From: Spirochaetia bacterium
GTDB taxonomy: Bacteria > Spirochaetota > Spirochaetia > SP-2023
Reading direction: 5' to 3'
Length of the DNA: 64,000 nucleotides
Assembly (NCBI GenBank): GCA_965263295.1
Contig: OZ253665.1
Coordinates: forward strand, 172,933 to 236,932
Shown in pieces: positions 17,682 through 25,871 of the stretch. The notes beneath the pieces were generated by a model. That model did not search any database and was not told where the DNA came from. It saw only the letters and a list, made by a program, of their open reading frames with translations. The translations under genes and the position numbers were made by a program. Within the stretch, counting starts at the first letter, position 1; every line of letters begins with the position of its first letter.

Positions 17682-19457
17682 TTGGCTCTCGCCCTATCTG
17701 TTTTTGTTACGGAAGACCTGGTTCGCGTACGTACAGAAACGAGGGAAATTATAGTGGTGGATTGTGAAAAGTGTAATAAATTTAATACCTGGTTTCAGAA
17801 AAGTCTTGCGGTGATAGCCGACTGTAACTTTGAGGAAAGAAAGTATCTGTTTCAGCAAAGCCGGATACTGAAAGAGGCGATGCAAAAGCAGGATGAAGAA
17901 TTGTTGGATGATTTTCGCATTAATGATTTGAATTTTGGTATTTATGAGATTTTCCTGGAAGACAGTACGCGTACTAAAGAGTCTTTTCGCAATGCGGCCA
18001 GATTTTTAAGGGTAAGTGTCACGGATCTGGTCAGCAGTGCTTCGTCATTAAATAAGTCCGAAAGCTTTCGCGATACATTTCATACTCTAATTGGCTATGG
18101 CAATCAGATTTTTATTGTGCGCAGCAAGCAAGAAGGGCTTTGCCGTTGGTTGGCTAAAAGTAGTCGAGAGTTTTGCAAGCGGATGAATATTTCTGATATA
18201 CCGTCCTTTGTCAACGGAGGGGATGGGGCCCATGAGCACCCGACGCAGGAACTTTATGATGACTTTACTTTTTTGGAAGAATCAAATTGGAGCTATAAAC
18301 GGATCCATATCGCTTTAATCGGAGATCTATTGCATGGCAGGACGGTACATTCCAAGGCTAATGGTTTACAAATCTTTGATGATGTTCAAATCGACTTGAT
18401 TGCGCCTGCCGAAATGGGACTGCCGCAGAACTATTACCAGGACATGCTGCAAAATGGTTTTCGCGTGCGTATATTTGCGAGTTTGGACGAGTATCTCGCG
18501 CAAAAGCATGTGGCGCCGATGTGGTATTTTACTCGTCTGCAACTGGAGCGCATGGACGAGACAATATTGCGTCGTGAACAAGAGTTGAGACGCAGTGTGA
18601 CTCTGCGCGCGCAACATCTGTCCATTTTAGAGGGGCTTAAGCTGGAAAAGAACAAACTGGAAAGAGCGAGTGAAGAAGATAATCAAACAGAGAATATCGG
18701 GCCGGCCGGCGGCATCCGGTTTTTTCACCCGATGCCCCGGCACAAAAAGTTTCCCGTGATACCGCCGTTTTTTGACAATACAGAATATAATGGCTGGGAA
18801 CGTCAAAGTGCCAATGGCTTGATTGTGCGCATCACGCTGTTGGCCCTGATCGCCGGGCGTCGCCCGGCTCCCGCGGGCTTGCTACCGCAGCCCGAAGAAG
18901 AGCAAGGTCCGCCCAAACTGTACGAAGAGCTCCCCATACAGCAATCCAGTAAGTCCAAGGTCTACTCTGAGGGTTTGCGTCCAATTCAGAATGGTGTGGT
19001 GATAGATCATATTCTGCGCGGCAGCTCTCCGCAGGAGATACGCCGCCACATGCGGCGTATCTCCGAACTGATGAAACTGGATCACTATCGCGGCGGCCAG
19101 TGGGTCGGTGCTAGCCATAAAACTGAATTTGAACTGCGGGAGCCGGTTTACAAAGGGCTGATTTTTATTCCAGATGCGCAACCGTTTAGCCCAGAACAGT
19201 TGCGAAAGCTTGCCGCGATTGCCCCCCACATTACGATTAATTATATTCAAAATAGTCAGGTTCAGAGCAAGTACCGCCTACTCCAACCTCCGCGAATTTA
19301 TGGTTTTGCGGAGATGAGCTGTCGCAACCGGAACTGCATTTCGCATAAGTCCCATTGCGAGGGGGTGGACCCGGAGTTTGAGCGCAATAATAGCGGTGAT
19401 TTTGTTTGTATTTATTGCCACAGTAGTCACAGTTTTCAGGAGGTTTGGAATGTCTAG
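17682..19457 (+). CDS. pyrBI: Fused aspartate carbamoyltransferase catalytic + regulatory chain (PyrB-PyrI)
   Basis: Catalytic motifs EDSTRTKESF, HEHPTQEL, HGRTVHS and FFHPMPR. Regulatory-chain motifs follow: IQNGVVIDHI and the zinc cluster CRNRNCISH...FVCIYCHS. The start is uncertain: the track uses TTG at 17682, and an in-frame GTG at 17751/17754 has a better SD (GAGGGA). Confidence 0.85.
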   Translation: MALALSVFVTEDLVRVRTETREIIVVDCEKCNKFNTWFQKSLAVIADCNFEERKYLFQQSRILKEAMQKQDEELLDDFRINDLNFGIYEIFLEDSTRTKESFRNAARFLRVSVTDLVSSASSLNKSESFRDTFHTLIGYGNQIFIVRSKQEGLCRWLAKSSREFCKRMNISDIPSFVNGGDGAHEHPTQELYDDFTFLEESNWSYKRIHIALIGDLLHGRTVHSKANGLQIFDDVQIDLIAPAEMGLPQNYYQDMLQNGFRVRIFASLDEYLAQKHVAPMWYFTRLQLERMDETILRREQELRRSVTLRAQHLSILEGLKLEKNKLERASEEDNQTENIGPAGGIRFFHPMPRHKKFPVIPPFFDNTEYNGWERQSANGLIVRITLLALIAGRRPAPAGLLPQPEEEQGPPKLYEELPIQQSSKSKVYSEGLRPIQNGVVIDHILRGSSPQEIRRHMRRISELMKLDHYRGGQWVGASHKTEFELREPVYKGLIFIPDAQPFSPEQLRKLAAIAPHITINYIQNSQVQSKYRLLQPPRIYGFAEMSCRNRNCISHKSHCEGVDPEFERNNSGDFVCIYCHSSHSFQEVWNV

Positions 19458-20151
19458 GCTGGCCGCGATCCGCGACGAATTGTTTGCCATCAGCCTGGAG
19501 TTGGGCGCAATCAAGCTGGATATGAATTTCCCGTTTCGATGGTCTTCAGGTTATATGATGCCAATTTATAACGATAGCCGTTTATTGCTTTCGCTCCCCG
19601 GTGCGCGCCGTTTGATTGCCGAAGGTTTGGAGCTTTTGTTGCGCGGGCAAACTTGTGCCGATGTGGCCAATATTGCCGGCGTCGCGACGGGTGGAATAGC
19701 CCATGCCGTTTTGCTGGCAGAACGCTTACAGTTGCCCGTGCAATATGTGCGCTCCAGTGCCAAGGCTCACGGATCTTTGCGGCAGGTTGAATGCTTGCCC
19801 CATGGACAATATGGGGGACAATATGGGGGACAACATGGCGGACAGAATGACGGCCAGTCTGTCGCGCTTATTGAGGATGTGATTTCTACAGGCGAGAGTT
19901 TATTGCGCGCAGTGGAGGCTGTGCGCCAGATTGGGGCCAATGTGACGGCATGCTTTGCGATTTACAGTTATGACTTTCTCAAAGTGCAACAAGCCTTTGC
20001 TGCCGCAGCTCTGCCGTATGGGTCGCTACTCAGTTTTGCGCAGTTGCTCAACTATGTCGGGCAGCGCCAGCTGTTTCGTGCGGAGCAACTGGCGCAGTTG
20101 CGCGAGTGGCACGCTGATCCTTTCGTGCTTCGGGCACCGCAGGCTCGGTGA
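19450..20151 (+). CDS. pyrE: Orotate phosphoribosyltransferase PyrE
   Basis: MSRLAAIRDELFAISLELGAIKLD..FRWSSGYMMPIYND and the PRPP motif VALIEDVISTGES. The ATG at 19450 overlaps the pyrBI stop by 8 nt. Confidence 0.85.
   Translation: MSRLAAIRDELFAISLELGAIKLDMNFPFRWSSGYMMPIYNDSRLLLSLPGARRLIAEGLELLLRGQTCADVANIAGVATGGIAHAVLLAERLQLPVQYVRSSAKAHGSLRQVECLPHGQYGGQYGGQHGGQNDGQSVALIEDVISTGESLLRAVEAVRQIGANVTACFAIYSYDFLKVQQAFAAAALPYGSLLSFAQLLNYVGQRQLFRAEQLAQLREWHADPFVLRAPQAR
19804..19851 (+). repeat. In-frame degenerate 12-nt tandem repeat (GGACAATATGGG x4), encoding GQYG GQYG GQHG GQND in PyrE
   Basis: Read directly from the DNA and from the translation LPHGQYGGQYGGQHGGQNDGQS. Confidence 0.85.
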
Positions 20152-21215
20152 CGGGTATCGTTTTGCCGGGGCGAAGTTATATAGATATCCTGCGACAGAG
20201 TTACTCCCAGGCAGGTAACAACGTCTGTTTGGGCATTGATCCACAGTGGCAAACCCTGCCTCCAGAACATCGCAGGACTTTGCGGGGGCGGGCTCCCGAC
20301 TGTCATGCCGTGCAGGAATTTTTGCAGATTTCTTTGCAGAGCTTGTGTGAGCAGGGGCTAAGCCCAGGGGCCTTTAAACCGAATTTAGGCTATTTCCAGG
20401 TCTTGGACCGCCCGCTTTGGGCGCTGCAAGATGATTGTAGGTTGCGTAGCCTGGCGTTTGAGGGGAGTCGGCTGTTAGCTTGGTTGTTGCACTACCTGAG
20501 CGAGAATTTTCCAGGGATTCCCGTTATTCTAGACTTTAAAAAAGGTGATATCGCTCGCTCCTCCGCTAATTATGCAGAGGAAGGTTTCCTCATATGGCGC
20601 TGTGATGCCCTGACTGTCAACCCGTATATGGGTGCGGATTCGATGATGCCTTTTGGTCGCGAGCTGGAAAGCCATTTGAGAAATAATAACCCAGAGGCTT
20701 TGGAGGATTCTGAGAGTTTGTCCTGTGGACTAGCGCTAGCCCGAGGCAATGGCGGGGTCTATAGTTTGTTGCGTACTTCCAACCCTGGCCGTCGCGATTT
20801 GCAAGATTTGCGATTAGATGTTGGTGGGCCCGCTGACTGTGCGGCAGGGGACACGGGACAACGCTTATATCATAATCTGGCGGCAACTTTGCTGCGTTGG
20901 CGCAGTAAGCTGGATATCCCAGGTCTGGGAGCTGTGGTGGGGGCGACTTCACTTAAAGAGCTACGCGATTTGGCCATATTTTTTAGTTTGGAAGATTTCC
21001 CTTTGTTGATACCTGGCGTGGGTAAGCAGGGGGGAGACTTTCACGAGGTAAAACAATGCCTGCGCGATGCGGGCTACCCACTGGAATTGGCTCGCATCAA
21101 TGTATCCAGTGGCCTGTTACAGAGTTGGCTGACCAAGGATGCCCCCAAGGATGGCTCTAAGGCTCCAGCCGATTGGCACAAGTTAATTGGCGAGAATTTG
21201 TCTAAACTGCTGTAG
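20148..21215 (+). CDS. pyrF: Orotidine 5'-phosphate decarboxylase, type 2 (long form)
   Basis: VCLGIDPQ, ILDFKKGDIARS, TVNPYMG. The GTG start overlaps the pyrE stop (GTGA). Confidence 0.8.
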   Translation: MTGIVLPGRSYIDILRQSYSQAGNNVCLGIDPQWQTLPPEHRRTLRGRAPDCHAVQEFLQISLQSLCEQGLSPGAFKPNLGYFQVLDRPLWALQDDCRLRSLAFEGSRLLAWLLHYLSENFPGIPVILDFKKGDIARSSANYAEEGFLIWRCDALTVNPYMGADSMMPFGRELESHLRNNNPEALEDSESLSCGLALARGNGGVYSLLRTSNPGRRDLQDLRLDVGGPADCAAGDTGQRLYHNLAATLLRWRSKLDIPGLGAVVGATSLKELRDLAIFFSLEDFPLLIPGVGKQGGDFHEVKQCLRDAGYPLELARINVSSGLLQSWLTKDAPKDGSKAPADWHKLIGENLSKLL

Positions 21216-21295
21216 CTCCATCAAGGTTTGACATCGGTGATCCTTCAGGTGGGTTTGCCCGGTATATTAGCATTTATGATAGAACGTTAGCGTTC

Positions 21296-21979
21296 CTAAA
21301 ATCCTTGTATCGTAACCTGGCGCAGATGGAATTTTTGTTCTAGGCTCAGGCGTTGGGCTAACAGATCCTCTAGTTGCAAGTAGTCTGCCCACAGGAGGAA
21401 GGATACACAGAGCAAAATACCAATTGGTTCACTGTGGATTCGGTATTTGCGCAGTATGCTTTGGAAAGGGATTTCTGGTTTAAAATCACGGTCATTCAAG
21501 CTGGGGGGGGCTTTGACGTCCCAGCCCCGCCCCCAGGCATCCACCAGGTCCAGTCCTTTGGGTCCTCGCCGTACCTGTATGCCCATTACGCCAAACTTGG
21601 CCAGCTCCAGGCCGACCATGGCTTCAATCACGCTGGAAAAGGTCATGTGTAGCCCATGGTCCGGATCTTTGGCCAATTCGCGAAGATCTGTCAGAGTTAC
21701 CTTATATTTGCGACTGATTCTAGGCAACAATTGGCCAGACCGGAATTCTTGTTTATATCGGTTATAGTCTAGGGTGCTAAAGTTTTTCAAGTCTTTTTTG
21801 CGGTCTGCTAGATCAAAAAGTCGCGTCTTTGCCATAATGCCACGGTCCCCTGTTTGTCTGCTTAGTTGCGACCTAAAACCAAAAAAAAACTGATGTTTGC
21901 CACGTTGTTTTCGGACGAGTAAGATTATTCTCCAGTCAAACTCAATAAGGAAATTCAAGTCGTGGTGCTCCATATTCAA
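21296..21979 (-). CDS. Hypothetical protein with a possible PD-(D/E)xK nuclease-like core
   Basis: …SVIEAMVGLELA…KGLDLVDAWGRGWDVKAP… fits an E…D…(D/E)xK spacing by eye. The ORF contains a C8 run (21493-21500) and a T9 run (21871-21879) on its coding strand. The true start could be MAKTRLF. Confidence 0.35.
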   Translation of the reverse strand: MNMEHHDLNFLIEFDWRIILLVRKQRGKHQFFFGFRSQLSRQTGDRGIMAKTRLFDLADRKKDLKNFSTLDYNRYKQEFRSGQLLPRISRKYKVTLTDLRELAKDPDHGLHMTFSSVIEAMVGLELAKFGVMGIQVRRGPKGLDLVDAWGRGWDVKAPPSLNDRDFKPEIPFQSILRKYRIHSEPIGILLCVSFLLWADYLQLEDLLAQRLSLEQKFHLRQVTIQGF

Positions 21980-22069
21980 TGGGATATATCTGATTAATCA
22001 GGCTTGCGGTGTGCCATGCGATTCAATGCAAAGAAAGCTTTGGCTCAAGCCTCTGCCATATTGTCTGGT

Positions 22070-23440
22070 TCATATTGTCTGCGGTGTCGAGTCCTCTGGT
22101 TTTTTCTCTCGTTCATCGACACCGTTTGGTTGAAAACGCAGCCGCACGATCCGTTTGCCGTCACTTTCTACAACATGATAGTTGCCTTCAGGTCGTCTGA
22201 TAGTTTCGTTCTGTTCGGGAATATATCCCAATTCGTTGCAGATATAGCCGGACATCGTGGCGAGGCGCGGTGAATTTTCCTCTTCCTGCAGCTCAATATG
22301 AAAAAACTCCTCAAATTGTTGGATACCGAGCGTGCCAGGGAAAACAAAAGTATCCGCTTCTTGCTGGATTACCAGAATCGCGGCCTCGTCTTGTTCATCT
22401 TCGTCGTAGAGTTTGCCAAATACGGTTTCTAATACGTCTTCCTGGCTGACTACTCCTGTCAGGCCGCCGTATTCGTCAAAAACGATCACCATATTGTTGT
22501 CGTTGTTTTTAAAGTAAAAAAACAGGTCTGAGACTCGCATACTATCCGGTAGAAAAGCCACGGGTTTCATAAGTTGCAAGACTGTTGTCGTTTCAAAGTC
22601 TTGCGGCCAATCATTTTGCTTTTTATTTGAGTCGAGGTGTTTGTCATGCCTTGTAAAAGGACTGGTGTGATACATGCAGAATTTTTGCACGTCGCTCATG
22701 TATAACAGGCCAATAATATTTTCCGGGTTGTCGCGATAAACCGGGATGCGGCTGTATGAATATTCAGCCATGGCGGCATAGCTGTCTGTTATTCTGGCTC
22801 CGCTGTCCAGTGAAAATACATCTTTGCGGTGAGTCATGATTTGTCGGGCGGTTTTGTCATTTAAGTCCAGCACATTGCCGATGAAGTCGCGTTCATACTG
22901 GTTGATATAGCCGCTTGTGTGGGCCAGATCGACCATATGTTCCAGCGACTCCTCTAGGTTCTCGCCGTTTGGGACGCGCCTGAGTATAGGGAAGAATAGC
23001 CGGGTGAGCTGCAGTGTCAGACTCAGTAATGGCGTAAACATGATATAGAAAAAACTCACCGGCCAGACGACAGCAATTGCAATTTGACGTTTAAAAATCA
23101 GGGCGATCTGTTTGGGGGCTATTTCACAAAAGATGATGATAAACAGTGTCAGGAAAAAGGTACTCAGGGCGATAAAAAAACCGCCGAGATACAAGCTGGT
23201 CATGTAGGCGACAATGGCAGACAAACTGATGTTGGCGACGTTGTTGCCGATTAACAGGGAAGCGATCAGGCGTTCGGGTTGCTGCAGCAGACGTTCTATT
23301 TTTTCGCCGTGAAGATGCTGTTCCTTGATAGCCCTGATGTCTACCTGGCTTAAGGCGGTCATAGCGGTTTCCGCGGCCGAAAAAAAGGCCCCCAAGCAGA
23401 AAAGTAGCAAAATGATAATGCAGGTGATAAGCAGAGTCAT
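22070..23440 (-). CDS. CNNM/HlyC/CorC-family transporter (DUF21 + CBS pair + CorC_HlyC)
   Basis: Four N-terminal TM helices. CBS region RQIMTHRKDVFSL…RIPVYRDNPENIIGLLYMSDV. C-terminus …ATMSGYICNELGYIPEQNE…VVESDGKRIVRLRF. Confidence 0.9.
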   Translation of the reverse strand: MTLLITCIIILLLFCLGAFFSAAETAMTALSQVDIRAIKEQHLHGEKIERLLQQPERLIASLLIGNNVANISLSAIVAYMTSLYLGGFFIALSTFFLTLFIIIFCEIAPKQIALIFKRQIAIAVVWPVSFFYIMFTPLLSLTLQLTRLFFPILRRVPNGENLEESLEHMVDLAHTSGYINQYERDFIGNVLDLNDKTARQIMTHRKDVFSLDSGARITDSYAAMAEYSYSRIPVYRDNPENIIGLLYMSDVQKFCMYHTSPFTRHDKHLDSNKKQNDWPQDFETTTVLQLMKPVAFLPDSMRVSDLFFYFKNNDNNMVIVFDEYGGLTGVVSQEDVLETVFGKLYDEDEQDEAAILVIQQEADTFVFPGTLGIQQFEEFFHIELQEEENSPRLATMSGYICNELGYIPEQNETIRRPEGNYHVVESDGKRIVRLRFQPNGVDEREKKPEDSTPQTI

Positions 23441-23526
23441 GGCAGCATTGCAGGGAGCTTTAAGCAGGCGGAGAAATGTGCCGCTCCCGGCGGGATGGCG
23501 CAGCGGGAGCCAGGTGGGCTGCAGGA

Positions 23527-24855
23527 TCAGTCTTCTTCATTTGACTCATCGGTTTGTTCTGCTTTGAGAAGTGGGCGGCCGTCGGCTCCCACTTTAATTT
23601 CTCCCGCTTTCAGTAGAGCCCATTTGGTCAGGACGGGAGCTATGACTTCAAAGAAAATGCTGGTGGCAGTCACGATGACCAGAAGCTGCTGACCCATGGC
23701 TACGGCATCTTTTCCCAAGGGGCGGAACTTTTCGATTAGAATCATGGCTAGACCGAGTCCGACACCGACCTGAGACAAAAGCCCTGCCCAGGAGTAACGA
23801 CGTATAGTGTGGGGCAGTCTGGCGAGACTGGCACCAGTGCTGGCACCCAAAAATTTCCCCAATGTGCGGCAAATAATGTAAACCAGGCCCGCCAAACCGA
23901 TGGTCGGGACCAGGAGAACATCTAATTGAGCGCCGGCGAATACGAAGAACAGCACAAAGACAACGGGCATCAGCGTTTCCATGGAGCGCAAAAGCTTAGC
24001 TGCCTGGAGTGAACTAATTTGATTGATTATTACTGCACCCATAACCATATTCGACAGGATAAGAGAATATTCGAGCAGAAAACTGATGCCTTCAACCAAA
24101 AACATCATGCCCAATATCCACAGCAGCAGCATATGGCCTTCGTCTACTCTGCGTGTCAGCAGGCGATACAAAAAGCCGAGCGACATGCCAATTACTAAGG
24201 CCAGGCCAACTTCCATCAGGGGATCAAAGACCAAGTTGTGCAGCATGGAACTGTGCGCACTAGCATCGACATTGTAGCCGTTGCTCTGGGCATAGAGTGT
24301 CGCGGCCAGAGTGCTGGCAAAACTAAAAATCACAATGCTGACGGCATCGTCGAAGCCGGTGATGGCAAAGATGGCACTGGTCAAAGGCCCGCGGGCCTTG
24401 AATTCGCTGGCGATGGCCAAGGCACTGGTTGGCGCACTGGCGGCACCCACAGCGCCGGCGGCCAGGCCGAACGGCAGACTGCCGCTTACTGCCCACATGC
24501 CGGCGGCGACCAATAGAAAAGTCAAAAAACATTCACATATAATCAAAAGGCCTATGCCGGCGCCTAAACTGCGAATGGTCACCATCTTGAACTCCAGCCC
24601 CAGGCTCAGGGCGACAAACCCCAGGGCCAGGTTGGAAAGAAAAGACAGCGCAGCGATATCTTCGGTGTTGATGAAGTTGAAGCCCGACACGCCGAGTAGA
24701 ACTCCCGCGACTAAGAGACCGACAATGGAGGGCAGCCGCATTTTTTCGAACAGAATGGCAAAGAGGCGTCCGAAGACGATAAGAACCCCCAGGGTGAGGA
24801 GTACCGGTAATTTGAGCTCTTCCATCCATTGCTGATAGGCTTCAAACGATTGCAT
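23527..24855 (-). CDS. Cation:proton antiporter (Na+/H+ exchanger / Kef-type membrane domain, no RCK domain)
   Basis: Polytopic protein with LPSIVGLLVAGVLLG near the N-terminus and about 11-12 hydrophobic segments. Confidence 0.8.
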   Translation of the reverse strand: MQSFEAYQQWMEELKLPVLLTLGVLIVFGRLFAILFEKMRLPSIVGLLVAGVLLGVSGFNFINTEDIAALSFLSNLALGFVALSLGLEFKMVTIRSLGAGIGLLIICECFLTFLLVAAGMWAVSGSLPFGLAAGAVGAASAPTSALAIASEFKARGPLTSAIFAITGFDDAVSIVIFSFASTLAATLYAQSNGYNVDASAHSSMLHNLVFDPLMEVGLALVIGMSLGFLYRLLTRRVDEGHMLLLWILGMMFLVEGISFLLEYSLILSNMVMGAVIINQISSLQAAKLLRSMETLMPVVFVLFFVFAGAQLDVLLVPTIGLAGLVYIICRTLGKFLGASTGASLARLPHTIRRYSWAGLLSQVGVGLGLAMILIEKFRPLGKDAVAMGQQLLVIVTATSIFFEVIAPVLTKWALLKAGEIKVGADGRPLLKAEQTDESNEED

Positions 24856-24904
24856 GATTCCTCATTCACCTTTCGCCATAAGTGTTGTTTTGGAGCAATT
24901 TATG

Positions 24905-25777
24905 TCAATAATCCAGGCCGCCGAGCACGCCTTGAACGGGCTGATGGAAAACGAGTATCCCCGGTTGTTTTTCTATCTTTCGGTCAATCCGGCGGATTGT
25001 TTCGTAGACGGAATTGAGCTCGGTGCTGGGGATGAGGGCCTCAATACAACGGAAAAATTTGTTCATCTTTTTATTATTTAAAATATAAGCATACAAAGGC
25101 ATGCGTTGCAAAAACTCGGCGATGTTGTGCCCTTCAATGACAGTCACGGCGCCGCCAGAGGCCCGCACGGCCTCTTCGAGCAGGGGGACAAAGAATTTCT
25201 CTTTCTGTACTAGGACGCTCAAGAGGCTGTATTCTGAATCAGGTCCCGGCCGTTCTGCCGCCGGCGCGGGAGCTGGGCTGCTCGCCCGCTCTTCTGTATC
25301 CAGGAAACGGACAGAAAATATGCGGCCTAGAATTTGCATGCCTTCCCGCTTATCCGCGCAATTGAGCAAGGCTTGCACTTCTTCTGTCTTTTGCAGGCCA
25401 GAGGCAAGTGAGGCCAGAATCTGTACATGCTGGTGGCGTTCGGCTGCCGGGCCGACGATGGCAATGATAAAGTTACAGGGGACAGAGTCAAAGGCGCCAA
25501 AGTCGATGCCGCGTGCGAGGGTCAGTATGATGATGGCAAAGCCTTCGGCTCTCTTTAAGCCACAGTGTGGCGCGGCAATACCCCCGCCTAAACCCGTAGA
25601 GCCTTGGGTCTCGCGTTCTCGTAGAGACTGCAAGATGTCGGCGCACTTGCACTTGGAAAGTCGGGGGCTGTGGCTGAGCTGTTCTGCCAGGAACCTGAGC
25701 ACCTCGTCCTTGTCGTTAAATGTTTTTTGCAAGTTCACACAGTCTGCCTGGATCAAGTCCAACCAATCCACAGCCAT
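24905..25777 (-). CDS. PTS EIIA type-2 (PtsN-like) domain protein with an extra C-terminal ~105-aa domain
   Basis: ERETQGSTGLGGGIAAPHC is the EIIA-2 active-site His region. A Pro/Ala linker (SSPAPAPAAERPGP) follows, then a domain with an alternating beta-alpha pattern. Confidence 0.7.
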   Translation of the reverse strand: MAVDWLDLIQADCVNLQKTFNDKDEVLRFLAEQLSHSPRLSKCKCADILQSLRERETQGSTGLGGGIAAPHCGLKRAEGFAIIILTLARGIDFGAFDSVPCNFIIAIVGPAAERHQHVQILASLASGLQKTEEVQALLNCADKREGMQILGRIFSVRFLDTEERASSPAPAPAAERPGPDSEYSLLSVLVQKEKFFVPLLEEAVRASGGAVTVIEGHNIAEFLQRMPLYAYILNNKKMNKFFRCIEALIPSTELNSVYETIRRIDRKIEKQPGILVFHQPVQGVLGGLDY

Positions 25778-25871
25778 AGTAGGGACCTCCGCAATGTTTT
25801 AACTTTTTGCAGCTTAGCTGATATGCATGGAATATACAATAGCGGCTTTCATCTTTATGGCAATAAAGGGT

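Noticed and set aside
19804-19851. Short tandem repeats (here and at 27903-27980, 46522-46581, 42309-42341) considered as CRISPR-like arrays
   Set aside because: The units are 9-15 nt with no spacers, mostly in frame within genes. These are microsatellite-type repeats, not CRISPR.
25101-25802. 233-aa ORF antisense to the EIIA-like gene (and 24311..24835 antisense to the antiporter; 11233..11850 antisense to the 147-aa ORF)
   Set aside because: The translations are Arg/Ser/Ala/Cys-rich and look like junk. The opposite strand carries recognisable motifs or a better protein-like composition.
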